DNA from: Ranitomeya imitator
Taxonomy: Eukaryota
DNA: 64,000 nucleotides
Reading direction: 5' to 3'
Assembly: GCF_032444005.1 (NCBI RefSeq)
Contig: NC_091288.1
Span: forward strand, 217,186,001-217,250,000
Shown: positions 35,501 to 45,898 of the stretch, piece by piece
How positions within the stretch are numbered: position 1 is the first letter of the stretch
How the letters are laid out: the number at the start of each line of letters is the position of its first letter
The notes under the pieces: generated by a model
Databases searched by the model: none
What the model was told of the DNA's origin: nothing
Seen by the model: only the letters and a program-made list of their open reading frames with translations
Translations under genes and position numbers: made by a program

Positions 35501-38500
35501 TTATACCCCAGAGCTGCGCTCACTATTCTGCTGGTGCAGTCACTGTGTACATACATTACATTACTGATCCTGAGTTACATCCTGTATTATACCCCAGAGC
35601 TGCACTCACTATTCTGCTGGTGCAGTCACTGTGTACATACATTACTGATCCTGAGTTACATCCTGTATTATACTCCAAAGCTGCACTCACTATTCAGCTG
35701 GTGCAGTCACTGTGTACATACATTACATTACTGATCCCGAGTTACCTCCTGTATTATACCCCAGAGCTGCACTCACTATTCTGCTGGTGCAGTCACTGTG
35801 TACATACATTACATTACTGATCCTGAGTTACATCCTGTATTATACCCCAGAGGTGCGCTCACTATTCTGCTGGTGCAGTCACTGTGTACATACATTACAT
35901 TACTGATCCTGAGTTACATCCTGTATTATACCCCAGAGCTGCACTCACTATTCTGCTGATGCAGTCACTGCGTACATACATTACATTACTGATCCTGAGT
36001 TACATCCTGTATTATACCCCAGAGCTGCACTCACTATTCTGCTGGTGCAGTCACTGCGTACATACATTACATTACTGATCCTGAGTTACATCCTGTATTA
36101 TACCCCAGAGCTGCACTCACTATTCTGCTGGTGCACTCACTGTGTACGTACATTACATTACTGATCCTGAGTTACCTCCTGTATTATACTCCAGAGCTGC
36201 ACTCACTATTCTGCTGGTGCAGTCACTGTGTACATACATTACATTACTGATCCTGAGTTACATCCTGTATTATATCCCAGAGCTGCACTCACTATTCTGC
36301 TGGTGCAGTCACTGTGTACATACATTACATTACTGATCCTGAGTTACCTCCTGTATTATACTCCAGAGCTGCACTCACTATTCTGCTGGTGCAGTCACTG
36401 TGTACATACATTACATTACTGATCCTGAGTTACCTACTGTATTATACCCCAGAGCTGCACTCAGTATTCTGCTGGTGCAGTCACTGTGTACATACATTGC
36501 ATTACTGATCCTGAGTTACATCCTGTATTATACTCCAGAGCTGCACTCACTATTCTGCTGGTGCAGTCACTGTGTACATACATTGCATTACTGATCCTGA
36601 GTTACATCCTGTATTATACCCCAGAGCTGCGCTCACTATTCTGCTGGTGCAGTCACTGTGTACATACATTACTGATCCTGAGTTACATCCTGTATTATAC
36701 TCCAGAGCTGCACTCACTATTCTGCTGGTGCAGTCACTGTGTACATACATTACATTACTGATCCTGAGTTACATCCTGTATTATACCCCAGAGCTGCACT
36801 CACTATTCTGCTGGTCTCTTCCCCAGTGATTGTGGAGAGGGGGTGATGAGCTGCAGATTTAACCCCTCGGGATCTCTTCTTGCTGTTGGTCTCATCACTG
36901 GATCCATAAAGGTGAGGTGCAGTGGGGTGACTGTCTGCAGCGGTGCTGCCGCCGGTGACGTCTTGTGTGCCATGCTGTGTCTCTCCAGGTGTACTCCATG
37001 CCCGCCGGACACTGGGCGCACACCCTGCAGGACGACCAGTCTGTAGCACAACGGCTGCCGGTGACTGCGCTACGATTTCAGCCCTGCAGACCGTCCTCTC
37101 GGGGGGAGCTGCTGCTGGCCACATGTGAGATACTAGATCACGTGTCTTAAAGGGATTGTCCGCAGACCCCCGACGTCTCACCTGTTCTTCAACTCCTCAG
37201 ATGCCAGCGGGCGGGTGAAGTTCTGGCACGTCTCCACCCAGAGCTGCGTGCGTTCCCTGACAGAAGAGCGACAGACCCTCGCCGCTGCCTTCAGTCCGTC
37301 CGGCCGCAGTTTCCTGACCGCGGGATCCAGTGAGGAGATCCTTGTATACGACACCGAAACCATGAAGTGTGTGAACGTCTGTCAGCCCAGGTCTGTGCCA
37401 GCGACACCACCGGGGCCCCTGACCGCTGGGATCATTGGGGGCCAACCTGCAGCACCGCTCAGACCACCAGGGGGCGAGCTGCACCCAGCGGGATAGGCCT
37501 CCTATTGATATGAATGAGGCTGAATACAGCTCGCCCTCTAGTGGCAGCAGCAGGTATCACATCCCACCTGTAACTATGGTCTCCACGCTCCCCCCGCAGC
37601 CCCTCGCTGTCTGTGATGGACGGGCACCGCTCCCGGATCTTCGGACTCACCTTCCACCCCCTAAGCGAGGAGAGTTTTGTGTCGGGGGGCTGGGACGACA
37701 CCGTGCAGGTGAGAGGCCGTGTATGAGCACAGGGCGGTTATTACGCTCCAGGAGTTTATTATAAGCCGCCGTCTCGTCTCTTGCAGTTCTGGGACGTCAG
37801 ACTGGCTCATTCCTTAAGGTAACGGTGGGCGGATGATGTGCGGGGGGCCGTAGTGTGAGTCATGGGGGTAAAGCTCCCACTCTCCCCTCTCCAGGAAGAT
37901 CTCCGGACCCCACGTGTGTGGAGACGCCCTGGACATCGATGCGGACACACAGCAGATCCTGATCGGCTCCTGGCGGAAGGAGGAGAGTCTGCAGGTGAGG
38001 ACACGGGGGGCCGCCATATTGGAAGACCCCCAGCAGGACTTGTCAGACATCAGGTGAAGCCCCCTGGAAATCCTTCCATCTTCCACTCATCCGGGGTCTC
38101 TCGCAGGTCTGGGATTCCCAAACTGGACAGAAAATGGACACTGTGCCCGACCACTACCGCGGACCCTGCAGGGTGAGTCTGGGGAACACTGCCGACAGCA
38201 CCGGGGGGTCCGACCGCTGCCAGAACACGTCGGGATACAGGAACCAGTCTGGAGTTACACTATACTCCAGTCACATCCAGAGCTGCACTCACAATTCTGC
38301 TCACCACCTGTTTGGATGCTAGCGGTGTTGTGGCTTCCACACCGTCACATCTTGTAATGCACCGATCAGCACGCGGCCCGGACAGCGTAATGCTGGGAGT
38401 TGTAGTTTCACATTAGCTCTGTACAGACGCTGAGCCAGGAGGAGAGCAGGGAGGTGCAATCACTGACATAGTGCAGCTCTGGGTGTGACTAGAGTAAATG

Positions 38501-40923
38501 ACTCACGCTGCCTCCATCCCGGCGCGGTGCACTGATCGGCTGCTCCATGTCCCGGTCCGGTCACGTGTCGCTCTGCCTCTCAGGTGTACGGCTGCCGCTG
38601 GTTGGGCGCAGGTCACATTATCGCGGCAGGAAGCGACATCAACATCTGCCGGATCATCGACCGGAATTCCTTCCAGGTGAGAAAGTTCTAGAAATACAGC
38701 CACATGATCTCGCGTGTTGTCCCCTTGTACATATCGCGGCCTTGCAGTCCTGTCACTGGCACACGTCACCTTCTTGCAGTCCTGTCACTGGCATACATCG
38801 CCATCCCGCAGTCCTGTCACTGGCACACGTCGCCTTCTCGCAGTCCCGTCACTGGCACACTTCACTGGCACACGTCGCCTTCTCGCAGTCCCATCACTGG
38901 CACACGTCGCCTTCTCGCAGTCCTGTCACTGGCACACGTCGCCTTCTTGCAGTCCTGTCACCGGCACACATCACCTTCTCGCAGTCCCATCACCGGCACA
39001 CATCACCTTCTCGCAGTCCTGTCACTGGCACACATCACCTTCTCGCAGTCCTGTCACTGGCACACATCGCCTTCTCGCAGTCCCGTCACTGGCACACTTC
39101 ACTGGCACACGTCGCCTTCTCGCAGTCCCATCACTGGCACACGTCGCCTTCTCGCAGTCCTGTCACTGGCACACGTCGCCTTCTTGCAGTCCTGTCACCG
39201 GCACACATCACCTTCTCGCAGTCCCATCACCGGCACACATCACCTTCTCGCAGTCCTGTCACTGGCACACATCACCTTCTCGCAGTCCTGTCACTGGCAC
39301 ACATCGCCTTCTCGCAGTCCCGTCACCGGCACACATCGCCTTCTCGCAGTCCTGTCACCGGCACACATCACCTTCTCGCAGTCCTGTCACTGGCACACAT
39401 CGCCTTCTCGCAGTCCCGTCACTGGCACACATCACCTTCTCGCAGTCCCGTCACTGGCACACATCACCTTCTCGCAGTCCCGTCACTGGCACACATTGCC
39501 TTCTCGCAGTCCTGTCACTGGCACACATCGCCTTCTCGCAGTCCCGTCACTGGCACACATCACCTTCTCGTAGTCCCGTCACTGGCACACATTGCCTTCT
39601 CGCAGTCCTGTCACTGGCACACATCGCCTTCTCGCAGTCCCGTCACCGGCACACATCGCCTTCTCGCAGTCCTGTCACCGGCACACATCACCTTCTCGCA
39701 GTCCTGTCACTGGCACACATCGCCTTCTCGCAGTCCCGTCACTGGCACACATCACCTTCTCACAGTCCCGTCACTGGCACACATCCGTCACTGGCACACG
39801 TCGCCTTCTCGCAGTCCCGTCACTGGCACACATCGCCTTCTCGCAGTCCTGTCACTGGCACACATCGCCTTCTCGCAGTCCTGTCACTGGCACACATCGC
39901 CTTCTCGCAGTCCTGTCACTGGCACACATCACCTTCTCGCAGTCCCGTCACTGGCACACATCGCCTTCTCGCAGTCCTGTCACTGGCACACATCACCTTC
40001 TCGCAGTCCTGTCACTGGCACACATCACCTTCTCGCAGTCCTGTCACTGGCACACATCGCCTTCTCGCAGTCCCGTCACCGGCACACATCGCCTTCTCGC
40101 AGTCCTGTCACCGGCACACATCACCTTCTCGCAGTCCTGTCACTGGCACACATCGCCTTCTCGCAGTCCCGTCACTGGCACACATCACCTTCTCGCAGTC
40201 CCGTCACTGGCACACATTGCCTTCTCGCAGTCCTGTCACTGGCACACATCGCCTTCTCGCAGTCCCGTCACCGGCACACATCGCCTTCTCGCAGTCCTGT
40301 CACCGGCACACATCACCTTCTCGCAGTCCTGTCACTGGCACACATCGCCTTCTCGCAGTCCCGTCACTGGCACACATCACCTTCTCGCAGTCCCGTCACT
40401 GGCACACATCCGTCACTGGCACACGTCGCCTTCTCGCAGTCCCGTCACTGGCACACATCGCCTTCTCGCAGTCCTGTCACTGGCACACATCGCCTTCTCG
40501 CAGTCCTGTCACTGGCACACATCGCCTTCTCGCAGTCCTGTCACTGGCACACATCACCTTCTCGCAGTCCCGTCACTGGCACACATCGCCTTCTCGCAGT
40601 CCTGTCACTGGCACACGTCGCCTTCTCGCAGTCCTGTCACTGGCACACGTCGCCTTCTCGCAGTCCTGTCACTGGCACACGTCGCCTTCTCGCAGTCCTG
40701 TCACTGGCACACGTCGCCTTCTCGCAGTCCCGTCACTTGCATGCGCCGCTCATTCACGCTCGATCTTCTCTTTCTCCAGACTCGGGGGAGCCTGGTTGAC
40801 TTGCCCAGTGGAGTCTACAGTCTGGACGTCTCGTCGCCCATCTCGCCAGCCGCCCCTCTTCTCGCCGTCACCTCTGGGCACAGAGTCTTCCTGCTCCGTC
40901 CTACAGGCAGCGCCTTCTCCTGA
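23574..40923 (+). CDS. Unnamed WD40-repeat protein, 10 coding exons, 366 aa
   Basis: Exons 23574-23719, 36827-36911, 36989-37124, 37201-37390, 37600-37708, 37787-37818, 37895-37994, 38107-38172, 38584-38676, 40780-40923; all GT-AG with consistent phases, 1101 nt, no internal stop. WD motifs: VMSCRFNPSGSLLAVGLITGSIKVY, LLATYASGRVKFWHV, AAFSPSGRSFLTAGSSEEILVYD, GHRSRIFGLTFHP..FVSGGWDDTVQFWDVR, GPHVCGDALDID..ILIGSWRKEESLQVWD. Exon 1 joins as ...ELQLEREI|DCGEG. Confidence 0.85.
23725..25958. repeat. 86-bp satellite, left arm (WD40 intron 1)
   Basis: Unit ccagagctgcactcactattctgctggtgcagtcactgtgtacatacattacattactgatcctgagttacatcctgtattatac(c/t); about 26 copies; source of the repeated 64-aa ORFs. 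Confidence 0.97.
25959..27425 (-). repeat. 3' LTR of the Gmr1-like element
   Basis: Adjacent to the PPT (AAAAGGGGGAGG on minus); direct repeat of 32655-34121. Confidence 0.95.
27446..31102 (-). pseudogene. pol region: protease C-terminal part, integrase (H2C2 + DDE), RT, RNase H; first RT catalytic Asp replaced by Asn
   Basis: HEIPLAGHLG...CRSCVTC; VDIVGP / LTDQGTQF / NGLCERFN; then WASPVVLVPKKD..RFCVDYR, LTIMNLSRGYWQ (family consensus has D at the N, codon 28483-28481), YLDD, TDAS..GLGAVL, EKECLAIVW, TDHNPL, NADGLSR. In frame with gag across a TGA at 31105-31103. Confidence 0.92.
31103..32437 (-). CDS. gag (coiled coil, SCAN-like capsid region, CCHC knuckle) plus the start of protease, ending in a premature TGA
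   Basis: Probable ATG at 32437 (MVVLGETFYEQQTRDTL); FLRAFEKAC...W..YL.PGL.GKA.EAF...Y.AIK.AL...Y.LTPE.YR.KFR; CYTCKRPGHISTFC; GLKDTGAE* followed in frame by TLIRPEL. Confidence 0.88.
   Translation of the reverse strand: MVVLGETFYEQQTRDTLVALCKSQHIDSASKNKAQLVADLVQWEAARDQSQSSEAAEASTSEHGAAAEVQPLNAGPVSNPGELDLHLQAALKEFPTDDHEGRRQLIQQYRQEAQAQQAEREARAEREAQAQRAERQAEREYQLQLARLQMQGLSQTNREPSSAQTPKPRPDHFPVMEKDGDLDTFLRAFEKACRQYQLPTDEWARYLTPGLRGKALEAFAALPQEQDGDYEAIKKALIAKYQLTPEVYRRKFRTLQRGPHDSYSDVVHGLGTHFDQWTQGLSVTTFAQLRDLMIKDQFFHLCPAEVRQFVMDREPKDVTKAAQIADAYEANRRSEVRKPVTTSWRGGKPATNASTPASQHTRGPGPVANSTRPTTEPRACYTCKRPGHISTFCPDRPKNPPAKAPGPNAAVLLVGGVVGRVCDNVQPVTVGGHVATGLKDTGAE
32632..32651 (-). other. Primer-binding site resembling the tRNA-Leu 3' end, with a 2-nt insertion
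   Basis: Minus strand TGGTGGCAAGGCGGTGGGAT, 3 nt after the 5' LTR; the vertebrate tRNA-Leu(AAG/TAG) 3'-end complement is TGGTGGCAGCGGTGGGAT (recalled, not searched). Confidence 0.7.
32655..34121 (-). repeat. 5' LTR of the Gmr1-like element
   Basis: Adjacent to the PBS; direct repeat of 25959-27425. Confidence 0.95.
34122..36814. repeat. 86-bp satellite, right arm (WD40 intron 1)
   Basis: About 31 copies including 81-bp variants; ends 12 nt before the start of exon 2 (36827). Confidence 0.97.
38740..40738. repeat. 32-bp minisatellite (tcgcagtcctgtcactggcacacatcgccttc)n filling the last WD40 intron
   Basis: Units at 39011, 39043 and so on; about 60 copies; explains ORFs 38547-41185. Confidence 0.95.
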
Positions 40924-41384
40924 CACCTCCGTGTACAGAGAACCACCACCCCCATCATCCATTGTGCAGCTCTTTATTTGCAGGTTTGCTACGGCCAGAG
41001 TCAGCAGTCGGTGCCACATTGCCATCTGCCACAAGTTCTGTGCCACGCCGATGCCTCACCCATTACTGACCAATCACATACCGGCTCCTCCCACAAGAGG
41101 GCGACACTTTATATCCCCGACTCCCGATAATAAAGATCTTTTCAGATTCTGCGCAGTTCTTGTGGTGTCCACCAGGAGGCGATGAGGAACGTTCCATTGA
41201 ATCACTGGATTTTATCACTGCGGATTTTATTACTTGTTTTCCCACGAAGTCACATGATGAAATTAGCATAAAAGCAGTTGACTTCACTTATCTGACTACA
41301 ACTTATCACAGAGCAGCATTCTATGATATAACCGAGCCGGAGTTCCCCTTTAAGTGTGGTATTATGTCCAGAGGTCTCCCGGGG

Positions 41385-43630
41385 TCAGTGATGGGCCCAG
41401 GCCAGCTGGTGCAGGGAGTGGGCCACCGCCTCCATCCTCTCCCTGTATTCCAGGTGACTGTAGTTTCCCTCTGGGACCCCTGTAAGTCCATGGAGGGCCC
41501 CCCAGCAGCTGCCGGCAATCACCCCGGTGGAGTCGCTGTCACCTGTGGGGACGGACAGTGTAAGCGCGGAGTCTGGCTGTACCATGAACCAAGCAGGGGC
41601 CGGCGTATAACCCCGCTACCTACCCCCATGAAACATGGACCTGCTGCACAGCTCCCCCCAGGATCCCTGGGCCCCCAGGAGGGCATCATAGGCGATCATA
41701 GGAGCGTCGTGCCCGCTACGCCCCGGCCAGCCATCCAGGCTCCACCGCCCGTACTCCACATCCCGCTCCGCCGCGCCGTAAGGAGATGGGAGCCGCGCCG
41801 GCCCGGCCCCCTGCTGAAGACCCCTCTCCGACAGGTACCTGGGGCGAGAACCTCAGAATAAGAGGATACAGCCTGCAGTGTAAAGAATGGTGGTTATGAT
41901 TGTGCCCCTCACCTCTCCCAGGACTGCTGGAAATAATCCCACGCCTCCAGGTGGCGCTCCGCGTCCGGGTCTGTGGAGCGCACGTACTCCAGCGCCAGAG
42001 GGAGCGTCTCCAGCAGGCGGAGGCCCCACTGTTCTAGCGGGACCCTCTGCACTGCCAGCGATGTGAAGAGCGCGGAGGCCAGAGAGCCCAGATACCCTGC
42101 AGAGAGCGGGACAATGACGCCCACCACAGCCGCAGCAGCGCTCGGCCCCCCGGAGCTGCAATCACTCACCCGTCGGATGGTTGTGCGTCATCTTCCCGCT
42201 CTCCACGCTGACAGCGACCACAAGAGACCGCTCAGACGGACGCGGGAACCTGCGGAGAGACTCCCATATATCACACACAATGGGGCGCACGGGGGACCCC
42301 CTATATTTATTGGCTCCTCACCTCAGCCCTATACACATGGATCTCATGGCCGCTCCGCATCCAGTCGCCGAGGGGTTAAAGGGGATTTTGTAGCCGCCAG
42401 GTTCCCCAGGGCTCAACTGAGAGGTTCCTAGAACCAGAGGAGGGTCCATGATGGCTTCTGCTCTAGTCACACCCAGAGCTGCATCCTGCCTAGTTCAGGG
42501 CCTGAGCGCGCTCTGCTGCACTGCATTGTGGGAGATGTGGCGACCTGGCACTGCGGCACCGGAGCGTAACCGGCTCCGTTGGTTGACAGACTTATGATTT
42601 CAGCTCTGGAGTATAGAACTAAGGAAAGCAACCTTCTTACCCAGAATGCTCGTGGGTCCGGGCTTCCGTCCCTCCATATCCGTCATGGCGGACACGTATC
42701 TTGCGGCCAGGTCGTGATACAGCTCGTCATTCTGCTTCCCTGCGGGCGGCGAACGGGAGAAGTCAGGAAGTGATCTGATTGGATGATCTGGACCCCCGTC
42801 TGCCATAATATAGACCACCCACCCGATGCCAGGCTCTCGCCCGTCGCCAGATGGAGCACGGTGTCGTCACTGACCGGCCAGTCCGGGAGGGCCGCCCTGA
42901 TCTTGTCCAGTCCTCCCAGCGCCTGCAGCTCCGCGTGGATCTGGGGCCCCGACTTACAATATTCCCACAGCTGGTTCCTGTAGCCCAGAGCATCTCCGGC
43001 CCCGCTCAGCAGCATGGCGGCCACGTAGAGGTCACGTGACGGCGCCGTCCTGAGACACAGGATTAGCCAGACGTTACAGGCGCTCAGAAATCCACCCCCC
43101 ATGCTTTACACGCCAGCTCTGCCCCCAAAATCAATGGCTTCACCTGAGCTGCATTGTTGGCGGTAGCCTAAAACTCGCCTCCTCTTATCACAGGCTCAGG
43201 CTGTCCCTCCTCTGCGCTTTACGGCTCATACTCATTTGTGAGACATACGGACGAGCGCAATCCGATAAAAAAAATCAGACTGCATCCGACCAATGTTATT
43301 CAATGGGTGACATCACATCTGAAATCGGACTGTCTGCATAGCCTTTGCTGGTTATTAATAGCCTCGGAAGCTCCATGGTTATTACCCCCTTCCCAGGCTA
43401 TAAACATCTGCCCCCCAGCTGTCTGCTTTCCCTCTGCTGGTTTTGAAAATTATGTGGGAGCCCAAGAAATTTTTTTTGTAAAATAATATTTCATTAATTA
43501 CATACATGTCCCCTAATTTGCATACTAATTGTATTTGTCACTGACATCTATATATCTATCTATTCTATGTGTATTTACTGTATGTCATCCATCTCTTCTA
43601 TCCTGACGGCTCCTGCAGGGATTTGACAGA

Positions 43631-43689
<59 letters not shown>

Positions 43690-45662
43690 TGAATATTTTG
43701 TCTTAAAAAGATGTGTAAATGACAGAACTGCTGTATGTAAAAGCTCATGTTAAAATCGCACTGCACTCGCCGAGCACTCGTCCGTTTTTCTTTCTCGCAG
43801 ATGGGTATAAGCCCTTTGCACTGCAGCTCTGCTCCATTAGGACTCAGCTATGATCAGTGACCCGGGAGTGTAATCTCCAGCGTCCTCCATGCTTTACACT
43901 GCAGCTCTGCCTGCTGGAGAGCGGATTTCTATTACACGCAGTGCCGGCAAATGACCAGCAGCTGTCACTGCTCAGAGCCCCCAAAATCATTAAAGGGGAA
44001 GTGCACCTTCTGGGACAGATCCATTTGTGCAGTGAAGGAGGGGTGATCCCTGGTAACATCCATGGCCTCATCCATCTCCAGTGACACTGGAGACCCTTAG
44101 ATCAGTGCTGAGGAGGGGGATCTGTGGGGGAGGAGGGGGATCTATGGGGAGGAGGGGGATCTATGGGGAGGAGGGGGATCTATGGGGGAGGAGGGGATCT
44201 ATGGGGGAGGAGGGGGATCTATGGGGGAGGAGGGGATCTATGGGGAGGAGGGGGATCTATGAGGGAGGAGGGGATCTATGGGGGAGGAGGGGATCTATGG
44301 GGGAGGAGGGGGATCTATGGGGGAGGAGGAGATCTATGGGGGAGGAGGGGATTTATGGGGGAGGAGGGGGACCTATGGGGGAGGAGGGGATTTATGGGGG
44401 AGGAGGGGGATCTATGGGGGAGGAGGGGATCTATGGGGAGGAGGGGGATCTATGGGGAGGAGGGGGATCTATGGGGGAGGAGGGGGATCTATGGGGGAGG
44501 AGGGGGATCTATGGGGAGGAGGGGGATCTATGAGGGAGGAGGGGATCTATGTGGGAGGAGGGGGATTTATGGGGGAGGAGGGGGATCTATGTGGGAGGAG
44601 GGGGATCTATGGGGGAGGAGGGGGATTTATGGGGGAGGAGGGGATTTATGTGGGAGGAGGGGGATCTATGTGGGAGGAGGGGGATTTATGGGGGAGGAGG
44701 GGGATCTATGTGGGAGGAGGGGATTTATGGGGGAGGAGGGGGATCTATGTGGGAGGAGGGGGATCTATGGGGGAGGAGGGGATCTATGGGGGAGGAGGGG
44801 ATTTATGTGGGAGGAGGGGGATCTATGTGGGAGGAGGGGGATTTATGGGGGAGGAGGGGATTTATGTGGGAGGAGGGGGATCTATGTGGGAGGAGGGGAT
44901 CTATGGGGAGGAGGGGGATCTATGGGGAGGAGGGGGATCTATGGGGGAGGAGGGGGATCTATGGGGGAGGAGGGGGATCTATGGGGAGGAGGGGGATCTA
45001 TGAGGGAGGAGGGGATCTATGTGGGAGGAGGGGGATTTATGGGGGAGGAGGGGGATTTATGGGGGAGGAGGGGGATCTATGTGGGAGGAGGGGGATCTAT
45101 GGGGGAGGAGGGGGATTTATGGGGGAGGAGGGGGATCTATGTGGGAGGAGGGGATCTATGGGGAGGAGGGGGATCTATGGGGAGGAGGGGGATCTATGGG
45201 GGAGGAGGGGATCTATGGGGAGGAGGGGGATCTATGGGGGAGGAGGGGATCTATGGGGAGGAGGGGATCTATGGGGAGGAGGGGGATCTATGAGGGAGGA
45301 GGGGATCTATGTGGGAGGAGGGGATCTATGGGGAGGAGGGGGATCTATGGGGAGGAGGGGTATCTATGGGGGAGGAGGGGATCTATGGGGGAGGAGGGGG
45401 ATCTATGGGGGAGGAGGGGATCTATGGGGAGGAGGGGGATCTATGAGGGAGGAGGGGATCTATGTGGGAGGAGGGGGATCTATGGGGGGCGGGGGTCTCT
45501 GCCCTTCTCCCATTATGAATCACCCTGAAGTGCCTGATAACAGGGAGCAATAGATTGTAACCGCAGCTCATGGGAAAATTACAAGTGCAAGGGTCCTGTC
45601 TCTTTAAGAGGAGTAGGGTAGTGAGGCGCTGCAGCAGCTCCGGTCTCTTACTTGCTCTCCAT
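41385..45662 (-). CDS. ADPRH: ADP-ribosylarginine hydrolase (ARH1-like), 8 coding exons, 359 aa
   Basis: Exons 45662-45652 (ATGGAGAGCAA|gtaag), 43049-42823, 42739-42641, 42427-42322, 42249-42170, 42096-41913, 41838-41624, 41542-41385; 1080 nt, phases consistent. Motifs [87 protein letters not shown]. Exact orthologue versus paralogue not resolved. Confidence 0.85.
43222..43814. mobile_element. MITE in ADPRH intron 1, containing an (AT)n microsatellite
   Basis: Imperfect TIRs ggctcatactcatttgtgagacatacggacgag / ctcgtccgtttttctttctcgcagatgggtataagcc; (AT)n at about 43630-43681. Confidence 0.55.
44110..45490. repeat. G-rich 19-20-bp minisatellite (ggggatctatgggggaggag)n in ADPRH intron 1
   Basis: Two G-runs per unit, about 70 units; explains Gly/Glu-rich ORFs 44081-45553. 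Confidence 0.95.
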
Positions 45663-45898
45663 GTTGTGTCCTGTGCTGCGCAGCAAACTTCTTCCCAGAA
45701 TCCCCCCTCTCCTGTCCTAGAGTCATGTGACCTGCATGTCCTCGGTGTAACCCCGTCACTGCCGGGGCTCAGCGCATTCCGTGTCTATTTCTGGGCACTC
45801 AGCCACCGGGGAGGTCAAAGTTCACCCGTCTACTTATTAACCGGGTGTATACAGGACGCCGGGGTCACGCGGGGCGACGACCAATGAGGGGCAACGAC

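Noticed and set aside
23770-36829. Dozens of near-identical 64-aa ORFs, and a CRISPR-like appearance of the array
   Set aside because: Pure 86-bp tandem satellite without unique spacers, in a eukaryotic intron; the ORFs begin at alternative start codons within the repeat.
38547-41185. 750-823-aa His/Ser-rich ORFs
   Set aside because: Translations of the 32-bp intronic minisatellite; the true exons splice around it.
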